Notes under the pieces: generated by a model | The model's input: the letters and a program-made list of their open reading frames with translations, nothing else | The model's database searches: none | Told to the model about the DNA's origin: nothing | Shown here: positions 50,962 through 64,000 of the stretch, one piece after another | Layout: the number at the start of each line of letters is the position of its first letter | How positions within the stretch are numbered: the first letter of the stretch is position 1 | NCBI GenBank assembly: GCA_951406725.2 | Contig: OX597831.1 | Span: forward strand, 7,688,001-7,752,000 | Source of the DNA: Octopus vulgaris | Taxonomy: Eukaryota | Direction of reading: 5' to 3' | DNA: 64,000 bases | Made by a program: the position numbers and the translations under genes

Positions 50962-51550
50962 TGTGCTAAGCTACATGTAAATACAAAATGTGAAAATTAT
51001 GAGTTCTCCACCCAGCCATCCTCAATTCTCTGCCCCTATTCTCTCTCTCTCTATCCACCTTTTTATACCTTGAGAGCACACCCTGATACCTCCTCATCTC
51101 CATCGTCCTTTGTCCCCTTCCTACTGGGGTAGCCATGTATCTCCTCTACAGCAAGAAAACATGTTCCTGTCCCTTTTTCTACTTTACCCTCTCTTCACCT
51201 GTCACAAAACAACCTCTCTTAATATCGCTACCCCCCCCAACTCTGTGAAGGGGGTCTTGTCTTGCAAATTACTTGGTGACCCTACTGGTGCTGGTGCTCT
51301 GTGAAGTGGTTGGCATTAGGAAGGGCCTCCAGCCAAATACAGATGTCAAACAAAATGCTGCCACTGGCCTAACTGCTCTTGCAAGGTTTAATCGGAAACT
51401 AAGACATGAGTATTTATTAATGTGACCATGTGTAAGAATGTAAAGAATTCGGCACCTGTATTTCTGCTGCATTTCTCAAAACCTCCTCCTCTTTCCCTCT
51501 CTCCGCATCTATTCTAGCATCAACGATGTTTGTAATTTGTGTCATTTTAG

Positions 51551-51768
51551 CATATGAATCTGCTAATTCCAAGAAATCTGACTCAATCTCCGACTAATAC
51601 CAGCAAATACTTTCGTGAGAAACAAATTGAAAAAGAGAAAATAGCATTCAAAGAAAGGTTTCTTGCTGAAGAACACATCAAAATGGAGACCAAGAAACAA
51701 CAGGAAATTCTTCATGAACAATCTCGGCAACTACGACTCCAGCAAAGTGAAGCTCTTGCTAAACTCAA
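51551..51768 (+). CDS. SPEF2: SPEF2 exon 4 (HMNLLIPRNL...FREKQIEKEKIAFKERF...QQSEALAKL), coiled-coil region
   Basis: Acceptor TTTTAG ending 51550, donor AA|GTGAGT. IPR, F.EK and Q.E..AK landmarks are collinear with SPEF2. 218 nt, phases 0 to 2. Confidence 0.93.
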
Positions 51769-54554
51769 GTGAGTTTGGGTTTTTGGTTTTGTCTTAGAAA
51801 ATTTCTCACTTGTAATAATTGCCTCTTTCTGCAGAGAAAAAAGGGAGAAAAGAAACAACAGCAACAAACAAAGACCAACAAAATAATCTTTTTATGATTC
51901 CATTTATTTAAGGTTTGCTGTACAAAAGGTAACGGTAATTACTACGTTAGGAATAGAATCAGAAGAAACATATCCTGAGACAGGAGTTAGAGTATAGACT
52001 GACACTTTGGTCACAATCGTCATCATCATCAAAATCATTTAATGTCCACTTTCCATGCTGGCATGGGTTTGACGGTTTGACAGGAGCTGGCAAGCCAGAA
52101 GAGCTGTCCAGACTCCAGTTGTCTATTTTGGCAGGGTTTCTATAGCTGGATTCCCTTCCTAATGCCAACTACTTTACAGATGAATTTTAGAAGGGTCTAT
52201 GTTTAAAGGTATTTAGGTGGAAGAATTGAAGGGCAGCGAGTGGCTGGCTGAGTGGATGGTGGTGGGGGATGAGAGAGAGAGAGAGTAAAAAAGGCTAAAA
52301 TAAAAGGTGGAAGAATAGGGGTTTTAAAGATTTAGGGTATTTGAATAATTCACCTCTGGAAACATGGGTGTTTTATTCAATAGCCTTAAACAGAACTTAT
52401 TCAGTTATCTTTTGAGTGGGATGGGCTACCCGACTTGATGAAAATTCTAACTGGGCCCCACTGTTTATCTTGATAGGAGATCACCATGTTGCACACATAT
52501 GGTTGTGATGCATGTGCGTGGTGCACCCTTATCAGACCGGTAGTCATGATGGGTATACTGGGCTTCATATATTTTACCCCAGTATCACTTTGATGACATG
52601 TACTACTCTCTCACTCAATAATAATAATAATAATAATAATATTAATAATAATAATAGTAGTAGTAGTAGTAGTTGTAGTAGTAGTAGTTGTAGGTGGTTG
52701 GAATGGGGGTAGATTTATATTCAAAACTATAATCAATAACATTTTGCTTAAACTACGTATACTCTTCTGTATATGGATTCTATTTTTCATATAATTTGGA
52801 AGATATTAAAGCAAAATGTGGTTTCCAATTTGTGCATATTAGTTAGAATATGATGACGATAATGAGAATGGTGCTGTTGTTGTCATTGTTTAACTCCAGG
52901 GTTTGATGTGATTCACTTGAGCTATGGCCAAAGGCAATTGCTCAAGAGAAACATTAATTCTGTTCATTTCGTTGTTCTCAAATGGTCTGCAAAGGCCGTA
53001 AGGCACAACCTCTTCCTTCAGGCCAAACCATTCAGATAAATGCTAAGAAAAAAAGCTGTGACCATTTATTTATTTTACGTCTACATCTTTATTGTACAAT
53101 GTGCTCTTCTTTTTTCATGGTGGCAAGCTATCTGAGGGAAGTTTAGCTTTTATTTCTAGCAGATCAAGCATCCACTTAGAGGTTATTTCATTAATGATGA
53201 TGATGGTGTTGATATTTGCCTTATTTGTTGTATGGCTAACTTAGATTTCATTGCCACAAAAACACTAAATGCTAACCCTCCACATCTTATCTTTCCAATA
53301 TGAGAAGGTTTCAACAAGCTCTGACTGATTGATAATCCTGTGTTTTCAAATATAAGAAATAAAATGGCCCATGTTGGTGCCACATAAAAGGCACCTAGTG
53401 CCCCTCTGTAAAGTGGTTGGCATTAGGAAGGGCATCCAACTGTAGAAACCATTCCAAAGCAGACAACTGGAGCCTGGTGCCATTTTCTGGTTTGCCAGTT
53501 CCTGTCAAACCATCCAACCCAACAGTTAAGGTTGACCATGCCTGTGCCAATGTATTCACAGAGGTGGGCAAGAAATTTTTGGAAGGCAGTTTGGTACTTG
53601 GCCATGCATGGAAGTCTTTTCTTCACCAAACCATCAATGTTTATTCAAAGAAAAGGCCATCTTGCACCAGCATCACTGCAACTATTGTCAGACCCCCCCA
53701 AACACCAGGAACTGATACCACAAAGCATCATCTTGCCCCCTCCCCCAACTCTTTAACACTCCTACCATGGTTGGCACTTCCCTTATGAGCCCCTGAAAGG
53801 ATGAAAGGCAAACTTGACACCAGATGGATTTGAACTCAGAATGCAATATTGCTGTGTTGAGTTTATTTGGTTTCGATACACAAGTTTACTAAGGAGGTAA
53901 ATCCATATGTTTCATCCATCTCTGCATGTGTAAACTAATTAAAGTAATTAAAATTAATTAGATACGTTGGTCTGTATAAAACATTAGTATCAAAAACAAA
54001 CACAGCTAAAATGGCAGAAATTTATTTAATCAAATTAATTGCCTAGAATGCATCAAATATTCAAATTGGTGTATCTGGTTTAATAAAACGATTAATAATA
54101 GTGATTTGAAATTCACTCTAATGCTGGTCAGTTAAGAGAAGGAAAGTATGGTTGTATGGTAGGCACTTAATTGAAGAGAGAAATGTAAACATGTTTGGAA
54201 GTATTAGTCTAGCTGATCCCTCTTTTATGGTCCACAGGGAAATTGTATAAACACGACTGATGAATGTATCTAATTAGTTCTTATTAGCTTACACATGCAG
54301 TGACAGCAGCTAGAAGTCTATGGATTTACCCCACAGCAAACTTTAGTGTATGTGTGTACATAGCAAACAAAAAGGAATGGTTAGCTTAAAACATCACTAC
54401 ATGCGTTTCAGTAGCATGGTTATTTTAACCAATGCAAAGTACGTTACATAACATACATTAATACATAACCACCTTGTTTCATCAGGTGATAGAAGATACA
54501 TAAAGGTGCTTCAAATTTAATTTGCCAAGGTCCATTCAATTCCCATTACATTTC

Positions 54555-54734
54555 ATATATATATATATATATATATATAAACGGCAAAATGTCTGTCTGT
54601 GTGTGTGTGTGTGTCCTTTATACAATTTTTCTGTTAGAGGGCTTGCACTTTCTATATTCCTGAGCGTTATACTAATACATCTGTTTGTTTTGTACACCAC
54701 CTGTCTTCATCTTTTGTTTTTTTGCATAAACCAT

Positions 54735-54785
<51 letters not shown>

Positions 54786-54969
54786 CATCGTAAAACCCCA
54801 CTACACTCACGGAGTGGTTGGCGTTAAAGGGCATCCAGCCGTAGAAACACTGCCAGTATGTGACTGGGCCTGGAAGATTTGGACAGTACTCGTGTGTATG
54901 TGCGCACGTATGCAGCTGTACATGCATGCACTAGCACTATGACCTAGCAACGCCGGGTCATAGTGCTCG
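54555..54969 (+). mobile_element. Non-autonomous Helitron, family 2 (different interior)
   Basis: Same 5' end (TATATAAACGGCAAAATGT) and the same terminal hairpin as 5922-6286; ends CTCG|T. Confidence 0.7.
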
Positions 54970-55206
54970 TGTTAATTAAATAAAATGAGACAACAAAGCC
55001 AAGTGGCTTTGTTGTCTTATTTTATTTAACATATACATGCTCACACACGACCCATATTAGACTCTTCACTTATACTATTATTGAACCGCGAGTCTAACTA
55101 TGGTCCTTCCATAGCACTTACATAGCCTTACCTGCCATCTTGGGTCTTCTGGATATCAAAACCTCCCATATATATATATATGAATACACACACACACACA
55201 AACACA

Positions 55207-55835
55207 CACATACAAAGAGGGTTGTAAGTGGTATTATGAGAGACTGTTGAATGAAGAGACTGCATGGGGGTGAGAGTGTCTGCTGCAAGTAGAGCCAACA
55301 GAGAGAGCAGCCCTCTGCTATCCAAGTTGATAGCAGTATGGTGAATAAAGTGGATAAGGATATGAAGACAGGAATGGCCCTTGGTCCATCAAGAATCACA
55401 AGCGAGATGCTTAAAACATTTGGTGGAGTAGGATACAGTCCGGTCACCGAGTCATTGCCATGACTAGTGTAGCAGTATTATTGTCAACTGCTGCAAGAAA
55501 GAAAGCCAGCCTGCTTTACTGGTTGTGCAATGCTTGTGTGCATGAGCGATGGAGCATAAATAAAGTGAAGAGGAAACTGGACGTAAGAGTAATCAGGTGT
55601 GCAAGAGAGAAGATTATATTGGTGTGGACAGGTGAGGCGTATGGAGGAGGACAGCTGCATAAAGACGTACCATGTGCTTACTGTAAATGAAATTTGTGGA
55701 ATAAGGAGAGTGAGGAAGACAAAACAGAGTGATGAAGAAGACAGAAGTGAGGCTGTTATGCTTCATAGAGAAGATGACAAAGGACTGCATTGAGTGGTGG
55801 TGATATGTAATCACCTATCCAGCTGGGATAAACTG
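55207..55835 (+). mobile_element. Rearranged RTE LINE fragments
   Basis: DMKTGMALGPSRITSEMLK (pre-RT motif) and QERRLYWCGQVRRMEEDSCIK (C-terminal motif). Confidence 0.75.
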
Positions 55836-55895
55836 GATGCTAAAATTATGTCACGTATATTTATATGTGTGTGTATTATATATCTATAATTAATG

Positions 55896-56122
55896 TGGCG
55901 AGCTGGCTGAAACGTTAGCATGCCGGGTGAAATGCGTAGCCGTATTTCGTCTGCCGTTACATTCTGGGTTCAAATTCCGCCGAGGTCGACTTTGCCTTTC
56001 ATCCTTTCGTGGTCGATAAATAAAGTACCAGTTACACACTGGGGTCGATGTAATCGACTTAATCCCTTTGTCTGTCCTTGTTTGTCCCCCCTATGTTTAG
56101 CCCCTTGTGGGCAGTAAAGAAA
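55896..56122 (+). mobile_element. SINE family A, full copy
   Basis: Complete head and body; flanking duplication TATATCTATAATTAA. Confidence 0.9.
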
Positions 56123-56387
56123 TATATATATCTATAATTAAATGAGGCAGCTAGTTAGCCAAAGGGTTCCCCAAAAATGAAAACAATAATTGTCTTTAAA
56201 TATGACTGAGAGTGTAAGAACACCCACACTGCTAGAAATAAGAACTAAATGGCTCTGTTGCTGTTGTCATTGAACATAAATTGTATACATCCATGCTGGC
56301 AGCGACCGTAGATGGCTGGAAAGTGGCAATCGTGATATTTCTCTACTGTACGGTTTCAGCTTTAGATCAAAAGCATCATCAGAAGGG

Positions 56388-56446
<59 letters not shown>

Positions 56447-56659
56447 AGGTCCCGGGTTGATTCGGGGTTAACCATAAGTAAGGTACTCAATACATAGCAG
56501 AGTAAAATTAATTTATTATATAGAAGGAGCTTCACATACTAGTACTGCTAATTCAGGAGAAATCTTCAGGAAGCACATGCTTCCTGAAGATTTCTCTTGA
56601 ATGAAACAGTACTAGTCCTTATAATGTTCTATGTAGTCCTTATAAGCTCCTTCTATAAA

Positions 56660-57090
<431 letters not shown>

Positions 57091-58147
57091 GCCTGCTATA
57101 TTAACCTCTTTGACAGATTCTCACTCCTCCAACACCCATCTCACCCTACCCTCTTTATCACTCAGCCCTCTGTCTCTCATCACTCATATCATACATCCCT
57201 ATCACTCATCTGTCTATTGGCTGTGTCACTGTCACTCATATTTTTTCCGCTCTTACCTTCATCTCCCCTCCCCCCATCTCTATTGTTCATCTCTCTCCAT
57301 CATTACTCTCCTCAATGTCATTCTCTTATGATGTCAGCATGACCAAATATGGCAGTGGATCTTATTTGTCTGTCACACACAACACTCTTCTGCCTTATTC
57401 CTTCCCTTGCATTCTTCCACCAATTCCAATTGCTCATCTCTCAATCACTCCCAGCTCTTCTTCTTAGTCTCCACTCTACTAGGATTCCACTGTGGCTAAA
57501 GTGGACAGTGGATCCCTTCTCTCCTTAGTTACACTGGAAACAGTGTAACTAAGGACATCATTGAACCCATTCTCACCCTGTCCCCAACACACCTTCATGC
57601 CATTCCCTGTTACAGGAAGTACCTACTTTCCATTCCCCTGTCCCCAATATTATTACTCAACCTTTTCTGGCCCATCATGCAGCCTAGTTATATATTCTTG
57701 CCCCATTAGGCCACTTCATGCTATTTTCCCTACCTGTCATCACCCCGTGTCATTTTGATAGCTAGCATATGTTGACCCCTTTCATCCTAGGCCACAATCA
57801 TCAAGCTATCTCCTGGGTGATACAGACCCCTCTCACTTCTCTGCCATTTCAGTCATAAGGCATTGACTTCAATATATCTTTCTTCATCACAATACTGAAT
57901 ACCCATCTCACTTCACCCCTTATGACACATCCCTCTTATTACTATCATTCATACCTCTGCAAAGAGGTTGGTGAGCAAGCGGAGGTGTGGAGTTATGAGC
58001 TCTCTTTTGTCATATTGGGGACATGGCTGGTTCTCTAGTGTTTGTGTTCTGAAAAACACACCCAATTCAGTGTGTAAAGTGTGAGATTTTGCAGACTTTT
58101 AAGTCTTGTTGAGGGTATGGTACCTCTCTAGTGCTGGTGCCACGTAA

Positions 58148-58477
58148 GTATAGGAGCACTCCGTTGGTTACGATGACGAGGATCCCAGCTGATACAATCC
58201 ATGGAACTGCTTGCTCGTGAAATGAACATGCAAATGACTGAGCATTCCACAGACATATGTACCCCTAACGTAGTTCTCAGGGAGATTCAGCATGACATAG
58301 AGTGTGACAAAGCCAGCCCTTTGAAATACAGGTACAACTCATTTTTGCCAGCTGAGTGAACTGGAGCAACGTGAAATAAAATGTCTTGCTCAAGGACACA
58401 ACGCGTCACTGGGAATTGAACTCACGACCTTACAATTATGAGCCGAATGCCCTAACCACTAAGCCACGTGCCTTCAC
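58148..58477 (-). mobile_element. tRNA-derived SINE (head B, tail X)
   Basis: Head like 30524, tail like 50576; TSD TGGTGCCAC(G/A)TAA inside an RTE-tail repeat. Confidence 0.85.
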
Positions 58478-58859
58478 TGGTGCCACATAAAACACACCCA
58501 ATGCACTCTGTGAAGTGGTTAGTGTTAAAAAGAGCATCCGTCTAGAACCATACCAAAGCAGATATTGGAGCTTGGCTCAGCAGTTCCGATCCCATACCAT
58601 CATAAAAAGCAGACATTAAATAATGATGAGGATGAATTTCAGTTCAGTATTTTACATTAACAATGGTAGGAATAAAGTACTGTGTGACTGACGTAGTGGG
58701 GAAGCTTTCAAAGTCTACTCTTGACAGCTGCTGTGTTTTGCCACTAAGCTCAGCATATAACTCTATTTGCTCCAGTTTGTGTTCATGGTTGAATGATTTG
58801 CAGTCAGCTGTAGAAACAATTGCTGTAATAAAAATCTTATCAGCTATAAACTGGTAAAA

Positions 58860-59135
58860 CAGGCTTAAAGCAAAGAGGAAAATAATTTCAACAGCAACGT
58901 GTACATGTGAGATATGGAAAAGTACAGGAAATGTGTGCAGAAGATCTGGATGTCTTTTGGAGGCCTGGTTGGAGGCTCAATGATCTGAATTTTTTTCCAG
59001 GGCTTAGAAAGATTGAAGGACTGCTGAAATAACTGTGTCAATCCCAGAGGGGAATATGTTGAATAAAATCATAATTAACTGATCCTCCTGTATTTTCTTT
59101 TTAGCCAAAGCCAGGAACTTTTCAGCACCCACTCT
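58860..59135 (+). mobile_element. Mariner 3' remnant
   Basis: CVNPRGEYVE* C-terminus followed by a TIR-like CCAGGAACTTTTCAGCACC. Confidence 0.65.
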
Positions 59136-59384
59136 TATATATATTTTAATATTTTGTTTAAGGCATTGTGATGCTTATAACCTGATGTTAGAACTCAATA
59201 TGCATATGTTCTAGGGTGATGCTCAAGCACTCATCTATGAGTGCATTGCACCTTGTAGCAGAAACAGCTGTAAGCTAATGGGATTCGTAATATAATTGTT
59301 TATTTCCTTTATCATTTCAATTTCTTGTGTGTGTGTGTGTGTGCACGTACATGCTGTAATGTAAAATCTTCTTTATTTATCCAG

Positions 59385-59478
59385 AACTAGTGACAATTAC
59401 ATTTATAAAAGACTTGTCCATCCTCCAGCACTGCCTGTGTCAAACATCTTTTTGAAGCGAAAGCAACTTGAAATTCAG
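59385..59478 (+). CDS. SPEF2: SPEF2 exon 5 (KTSDNYIYKRLVHPPALPVSNIFLKRKQLEIQ)
   Basis: Acceptor TCTTCTTTATTTATCCAG, donor CAG|GTAAGA. Open in the phase required by exon 4; 94 nt brings the CDS to 726 nt. Sequence similarity is weak, so the call rests on splice signals, phase and length. Confidence 0.8.
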
Positions 59479-59897
59479 GTAAGAAATTCTTTAAATATTG
59501 AGAAATTATTTGAATTTGTTTTTTTTTATTAACAGTTCCTCCCATTAAAACTCCAAACAACCAGCCATAATCAGACATTGGAGCTTGGTGTAGCTCTCTC
59601 ACTCACCAGCTCCACTCAGACTGTCCAACCCATGCCAGCATAAAAGCAATGGTAGTGGTGGTGGAGGGGGAGGCAGAAGAGGAGGATTTCACTGTTGATG
59701 CCCCTCCCCCCACATACAGTTATAAAAAATGTTTTTACTCTTAGTTTTTTTCTTTAAACTTGTAGAACTTTCTTCTTTCTTGTTTCCCAAATAAATATCT
59801 TAAATTCAATAAGAAGCTTCTTAGAGCAGCTTCTCATTAGATTCTCTTTTATTTCCATTTTCTAACTTTCAGCATACAACCAAGTGGTCACTTGACA

Positions 59898-60131
59898 CCT
59901 ATTTCTTTACTACCCACAAGGGGCTAAACATAGAGAGGACAAACTAAGACAGACAAATGGATTAAGTCAATTACATCGACCCCAGTGCATAACTGGTACT
60001 TAATTTATCAACCCTGAAAGGATGAAAGCAAAGTCAACCTCGGCGGAATTTGAACTCAGAACGTAACGGCAGATGAAATACGGCTATGCATTTCACCCAG
60101 CATGCTAATGTTTCTGCCAGCTCGCCGCCTT
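59898..60131 (-). mobile_element. SINE family A, full copy
   Basis: TSD TGGTC(A/G)CTTGACA. Confidence 0.9.
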
Positions 60132-60512
60132 TGGTCGCTTGACATCTGTCATAGCCCTTCCTACAACTGACCACTCTACAGACTGGATTGGGTGCTTTTT
60201 ACGTGGTACCAGCAGTGGCGAGATCATCAAGTAACTCAAAGATAAGACACCTCCCCAACTGAGAAGGGGATGGTGGTGTAGTATGGAGGGAGGTGGTTTT
60301 ATACCATGGCAGGAGGAGAATTAGTAGAAAGATGTGACTCCATGAGTAACCTTAAAAAAGGAGGCACAGGAGAAGAAAGGTTAAACAGAGTATTTATAGA
60401 ATAGAAATAAAGAAGTAGTGTTGTGAGAGTGAGAGAAGGATTGAGGTTGAGTTACCAAAATAGGGGTAGAAACTCCCTTTTGAATTCAACTGAAAAGGTG
60501 AAAAAGATTAGC

Positions 60513-60543
<31 letters not shown>

Positions 60544-61649
60544 CTTTATTCACCATAAGGTTGAGAAAAAGAGGGGATGATACGAAGACAGACAAAACAA
60601 ACATTGGGGTCAGGGTATCGAATGAGACGAAATGTATGAATAAACAAATGATTAAAATATATACAATTAAATGAGAATGAGTGATTGACAAAAAAATGAT
60701 GCGGAGGACACAGTTGACCCCACAAACCACATACTCTCACTGAAGAGAGAGAGCAGCCCAAATATGAGGACACTATTTTTTTTTTTCACAAGGGAAGATG
60801 AAAGATTTACAAAGATGAATACATACAAAAAAAAATACAGCAATTCATAGGTTATAAACTGATGTATATTGTGAAGGACATTTAGCTGTTTTTTCTGGGA
60901 AGATATTATATGGTGTCAGACATTTTCTGATGGAGATTTAGTATATTTCCCTTAGGGAGAGTTACTTGTTTTATCCTGTGGGAGATGACCTTTCATTCAC
61001 TAAGCTTACATCCACACTTTGAAATTAAGCACCGGTCCCTTTGATCAATGTAGTTTGCTACAAATAAATTAACTTCAACATTAATTTTTATATTTATTGT
61101 TCCACGGAGAGAATATTTGGTTTATATCTCCTGAAACAATTTCAAGTCGTGTCCTTTCTCTCTTTTATCAGTTTTAGGTAGAACTTTGCTCCTCTGGATA
61201 TTCTGGCTGTAGACAGACATGGCTGTGTGGTTAAGAAGTTTGCTCTTTTGTGTCTAGTGCCACGGCATGGCACCTTGGGCAAATGACTTCAACTAGAGCC
61301 ACAGGCTAACCAAAGCCTTGCCAGTAGATTTGGTAGATGGAAACTGAAAGAAGCCCATCATGTGTGTGTGTGTGTGTTTGTATCTCCTTGTTTTGAAATA
61401 GTGTGATAGTTGTAAACAAGCATCACTGTCATACAAGCAGTGTTGTCCATTTGCAATATTCTGTGACAACATACCTGGCTTTTGGGGAAATATTATTTTG
61501 CTTGCAAACAGGTGAGAGTGGCTCACACAAAAGGTATCCGAGTGTAGAAAATCTGCCCTAATAAATTCTATCCAAGCATGGAAGCATGCATGGAAAAATG
61601 GACATTAAATGACAATGGTGGTAGTGATGCTGCTGCTGTTGCTGTTGAG

Positions 61650-61997
61650 TGAAGCGGTCTTTGTCCCATGTAGTGGGAGAAATCCGAAACGTGGTGCTTT
61701 GCTATTCGTAAGACCCGCAGAAGAGAAAGGTCAACCCCCGACACTGAGAGCATCGACGGATGGATGAATGCGCATCCAGGCTCAGCGGTTGCATAGGAAG
61801 TCGGGGACAAGAAACAGGAAGAAAAAGTGAGAGAGAGTTGGAGTGAAAGAGTACAACAGGGGCCGCCACCACCCCCTGCCAGAGCCTCGTGGAGCTTTAG
61901 GTGTTTTCACTCAATAAACACACACAATGCCCTGTCTGGGAATCGAAACTGCGATCCTCCGACCACGAGTCCGCTGCCCTAACCATTGGGCCTCCAC
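61650..61997 (-). mobile_element. tRNA-derived SINE (head A', tail Y)
   Basis: Shares its 5' approximately 190 nt with 50576-50961, then has an unrelated tail. Confidence 0.85.
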
Positions 61998-62475
61998 TGC
62001 TGCTGATGAAGATGATGCATCCACTTTCACATAAACCTACCCATTGCACTCGTCTCTTCTTCTTCATTTGACCACCCCTTCATAATAGACACACATGCTA
62101 AGCACCCATTCATTCCACCTGTATTTTCCAGACTATTCCATTGCATCAACATCACCCAATTTCACCTCTTTTCCGGTTGAGGAAAAAAATTGATAAAAAG
62201 TAACACAATTGAAAAATGAAAAAATAAAAGAACACTCGAGAAGAAAGAAGAAGAAGAATGGTGTCATTTTTAAAAGAATGAAAAAAAAAAATTGCCTGCA
62301 TTTAATGTAGGACATTGTGAGAAATTGTAAAGCCATTGGACAATTACTTTATCACAATATAACACTATCAGAAAAAAAGTTGGTATTATGTTGTGACAAA
62401 GCAGAAAGTCAGGTTCAGTGAGTGTCTTCAAGTTGGGTTAGAATGGAAAGAAAAACTAGAATTTTGTGTAGGAAA

Positions 62476-62525
62476 GGTGGTGGTGGTGGTGGTGGTGGTG
62501 GTGGTGGTGGTGGTGGTGGTGGTGG
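62476..62525. repeat. (GGT)n microsatellite
   Basis: Directly visible. Confidence 0.95.
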
Positions 62526-64000
62526 CGACGGTGGCTGGAGTGGGGGGGGGGGGTTGATGGTGGTGGTGATAATAACGAGGATAACTAAATTAACAATAAT
62601 GTAATTCCGATTTTTATTTCATAAATTGATTTCATTTCAAGAAGTAGAAACAAAAAAAAAAAAAACAAAAGAGAAAATAATCCATTTTGTTTAAATTATT
62701 GAAAGTTGCTAATTATTGGAAATTGATGAGAACATTGACATCCTTTCAATCAGAATACATATCCAGAAAAATCTGTTGTCATTTGTTTTCTTTCATCTCA
62801 CACCCCTTTTCTACCCATCTCTTGATTATTCATCTCTTCACCAACTGGGTCTTCTTGGTGTCTTTTTTTTTTTTTTTGGAATATTGCAGTTACTCCTGCC
62901 AATACCACAACTGGACCCCACCATCAACACCACCACCACGACCATCACCACCGCCGCTGCCTTCATCATTGCCATTATATTTTTGATACTATTATCTATG
63001 TCTAATGCATTTTTCTTTGAATCATTCCTTTGTATGGAGAAAATCACTTTGTTGTCAGGAAATGCAATCATTCACATGCTGTCCTTGGCATCTTAAGACA
63101 TTAACTCTTTACCTGGCATTCCCCACCTGACACACCCCACCCCCACCTGACACCCCCACCCCCACTCCCATCCCCCCACTCCCACCCCACAAATTGATTA
63201 AGTTTACCTGGAAGTCATCCACACCCACAATGACTGAGTCTCTACCTGGATTCTTCCACTCGTACACCATACATTGATTAAGTTTCTACCTGGCTTCACA
63301 CAGACATTCATTCTCTACCTACTTCATCATCATCATCAGCAGCAGCAGCATTCTCTCGCCCATCATAATTTAACATCCACTTTTCTCTGCTTGCATGGAT
63401 CAGACAATTTGTTGAGGTAAATTGTTTATAGCTTCCTATCACTAATTCTCACCTGTTTCCTGGCAAAGTAATATTTCCCTGTGGACAGAGATGGTCTTTC
63501 ATGGAAGACTGGAAACAGACAACATTGCTTGTATGATGATGATGATGATGATGATGTTCATTTATAACCATCACATGATTTCAGGACAAGGGTACATGCA
63601 TGCACACACACACACACACAGAAGATGGGCTTTTTTTCTATGCACAAGGCTTTGGTTGACCTTAGGCTGTAGTAGGGCTCACTTATCCAAAATGCCACAC
63701 AATGTGATTGAAACCAAGACTATATGGTTCGGAAGCAAGCTTCTTAACCACACAGCCATGCCCGCACCTATCTATGTCTGCAACTACACCTTCATGCAAA
63801 TTACATTTCCCTCCAGAATCTCTTAGACACACACAGACACACACACACACACACATACACACTGGTTAAATCTCTTCCTGATATCCGCAACTAAATGCAC
63901 TCACATTGCTCATGACCCGAAATTAGATTCTATTTAGATTGATTGTGTTCAATTCTTCCTAAAATCCATGGACTTCATGCTCTCTCTTTGTTGTGTCAAT

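Noticed and set aside
59479-64000. Search for SPEF2 exon 6, including ORFs at 62687-63096
   Set aside because: No phase-0 exon with SPEF2-like sequence was seen; these ORFs are low-complexity.

Overview
Repeat-rich, AT-rich animal genomic DNA with spliceosomal introns, not prokaryotic. The tRNA-derived SINE families, RTE LINE tails and microsatellite load look like an octopus genome (inference from pattern recognition, not a database result). The one well-supported gene is the 5' part of SPEF2 (sperm flagellar protein 2, axonemal central pair) on the + strand. Five GT-AG exons (19577-19634, 43871-43973, 50299-50551, 51551-51768, 59385-59478) join in frame to 242 codons (MTAILCNWLNNELKLSKTI...KRKQLEIQ); no further exon was recognised, so the gene presumably continues beyond the window. 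An RFX X-box and a CCAAT box lie just upstream. The rest is transposon-derived: Merlin-type MITEs carrying TTAGGG repeats plus a Merlin transposase relic, Helitrons, hAT MITEs, maT and mariner fossils, RTE, R4/Dong and Penelope fragments, and many SINEs. The most unusual signals are a tRNA-headed SINE carrying a hammerhead-ribozyme core, several other Penelope-type hammerhead cores and hairpins, head/tail module swapping among SINEs, and SINE multimers inside single target-site duplications. Most ORF-track entries are microsatellite or repeat artefacts. Repeat boundaries without a stated TSD are approximate.
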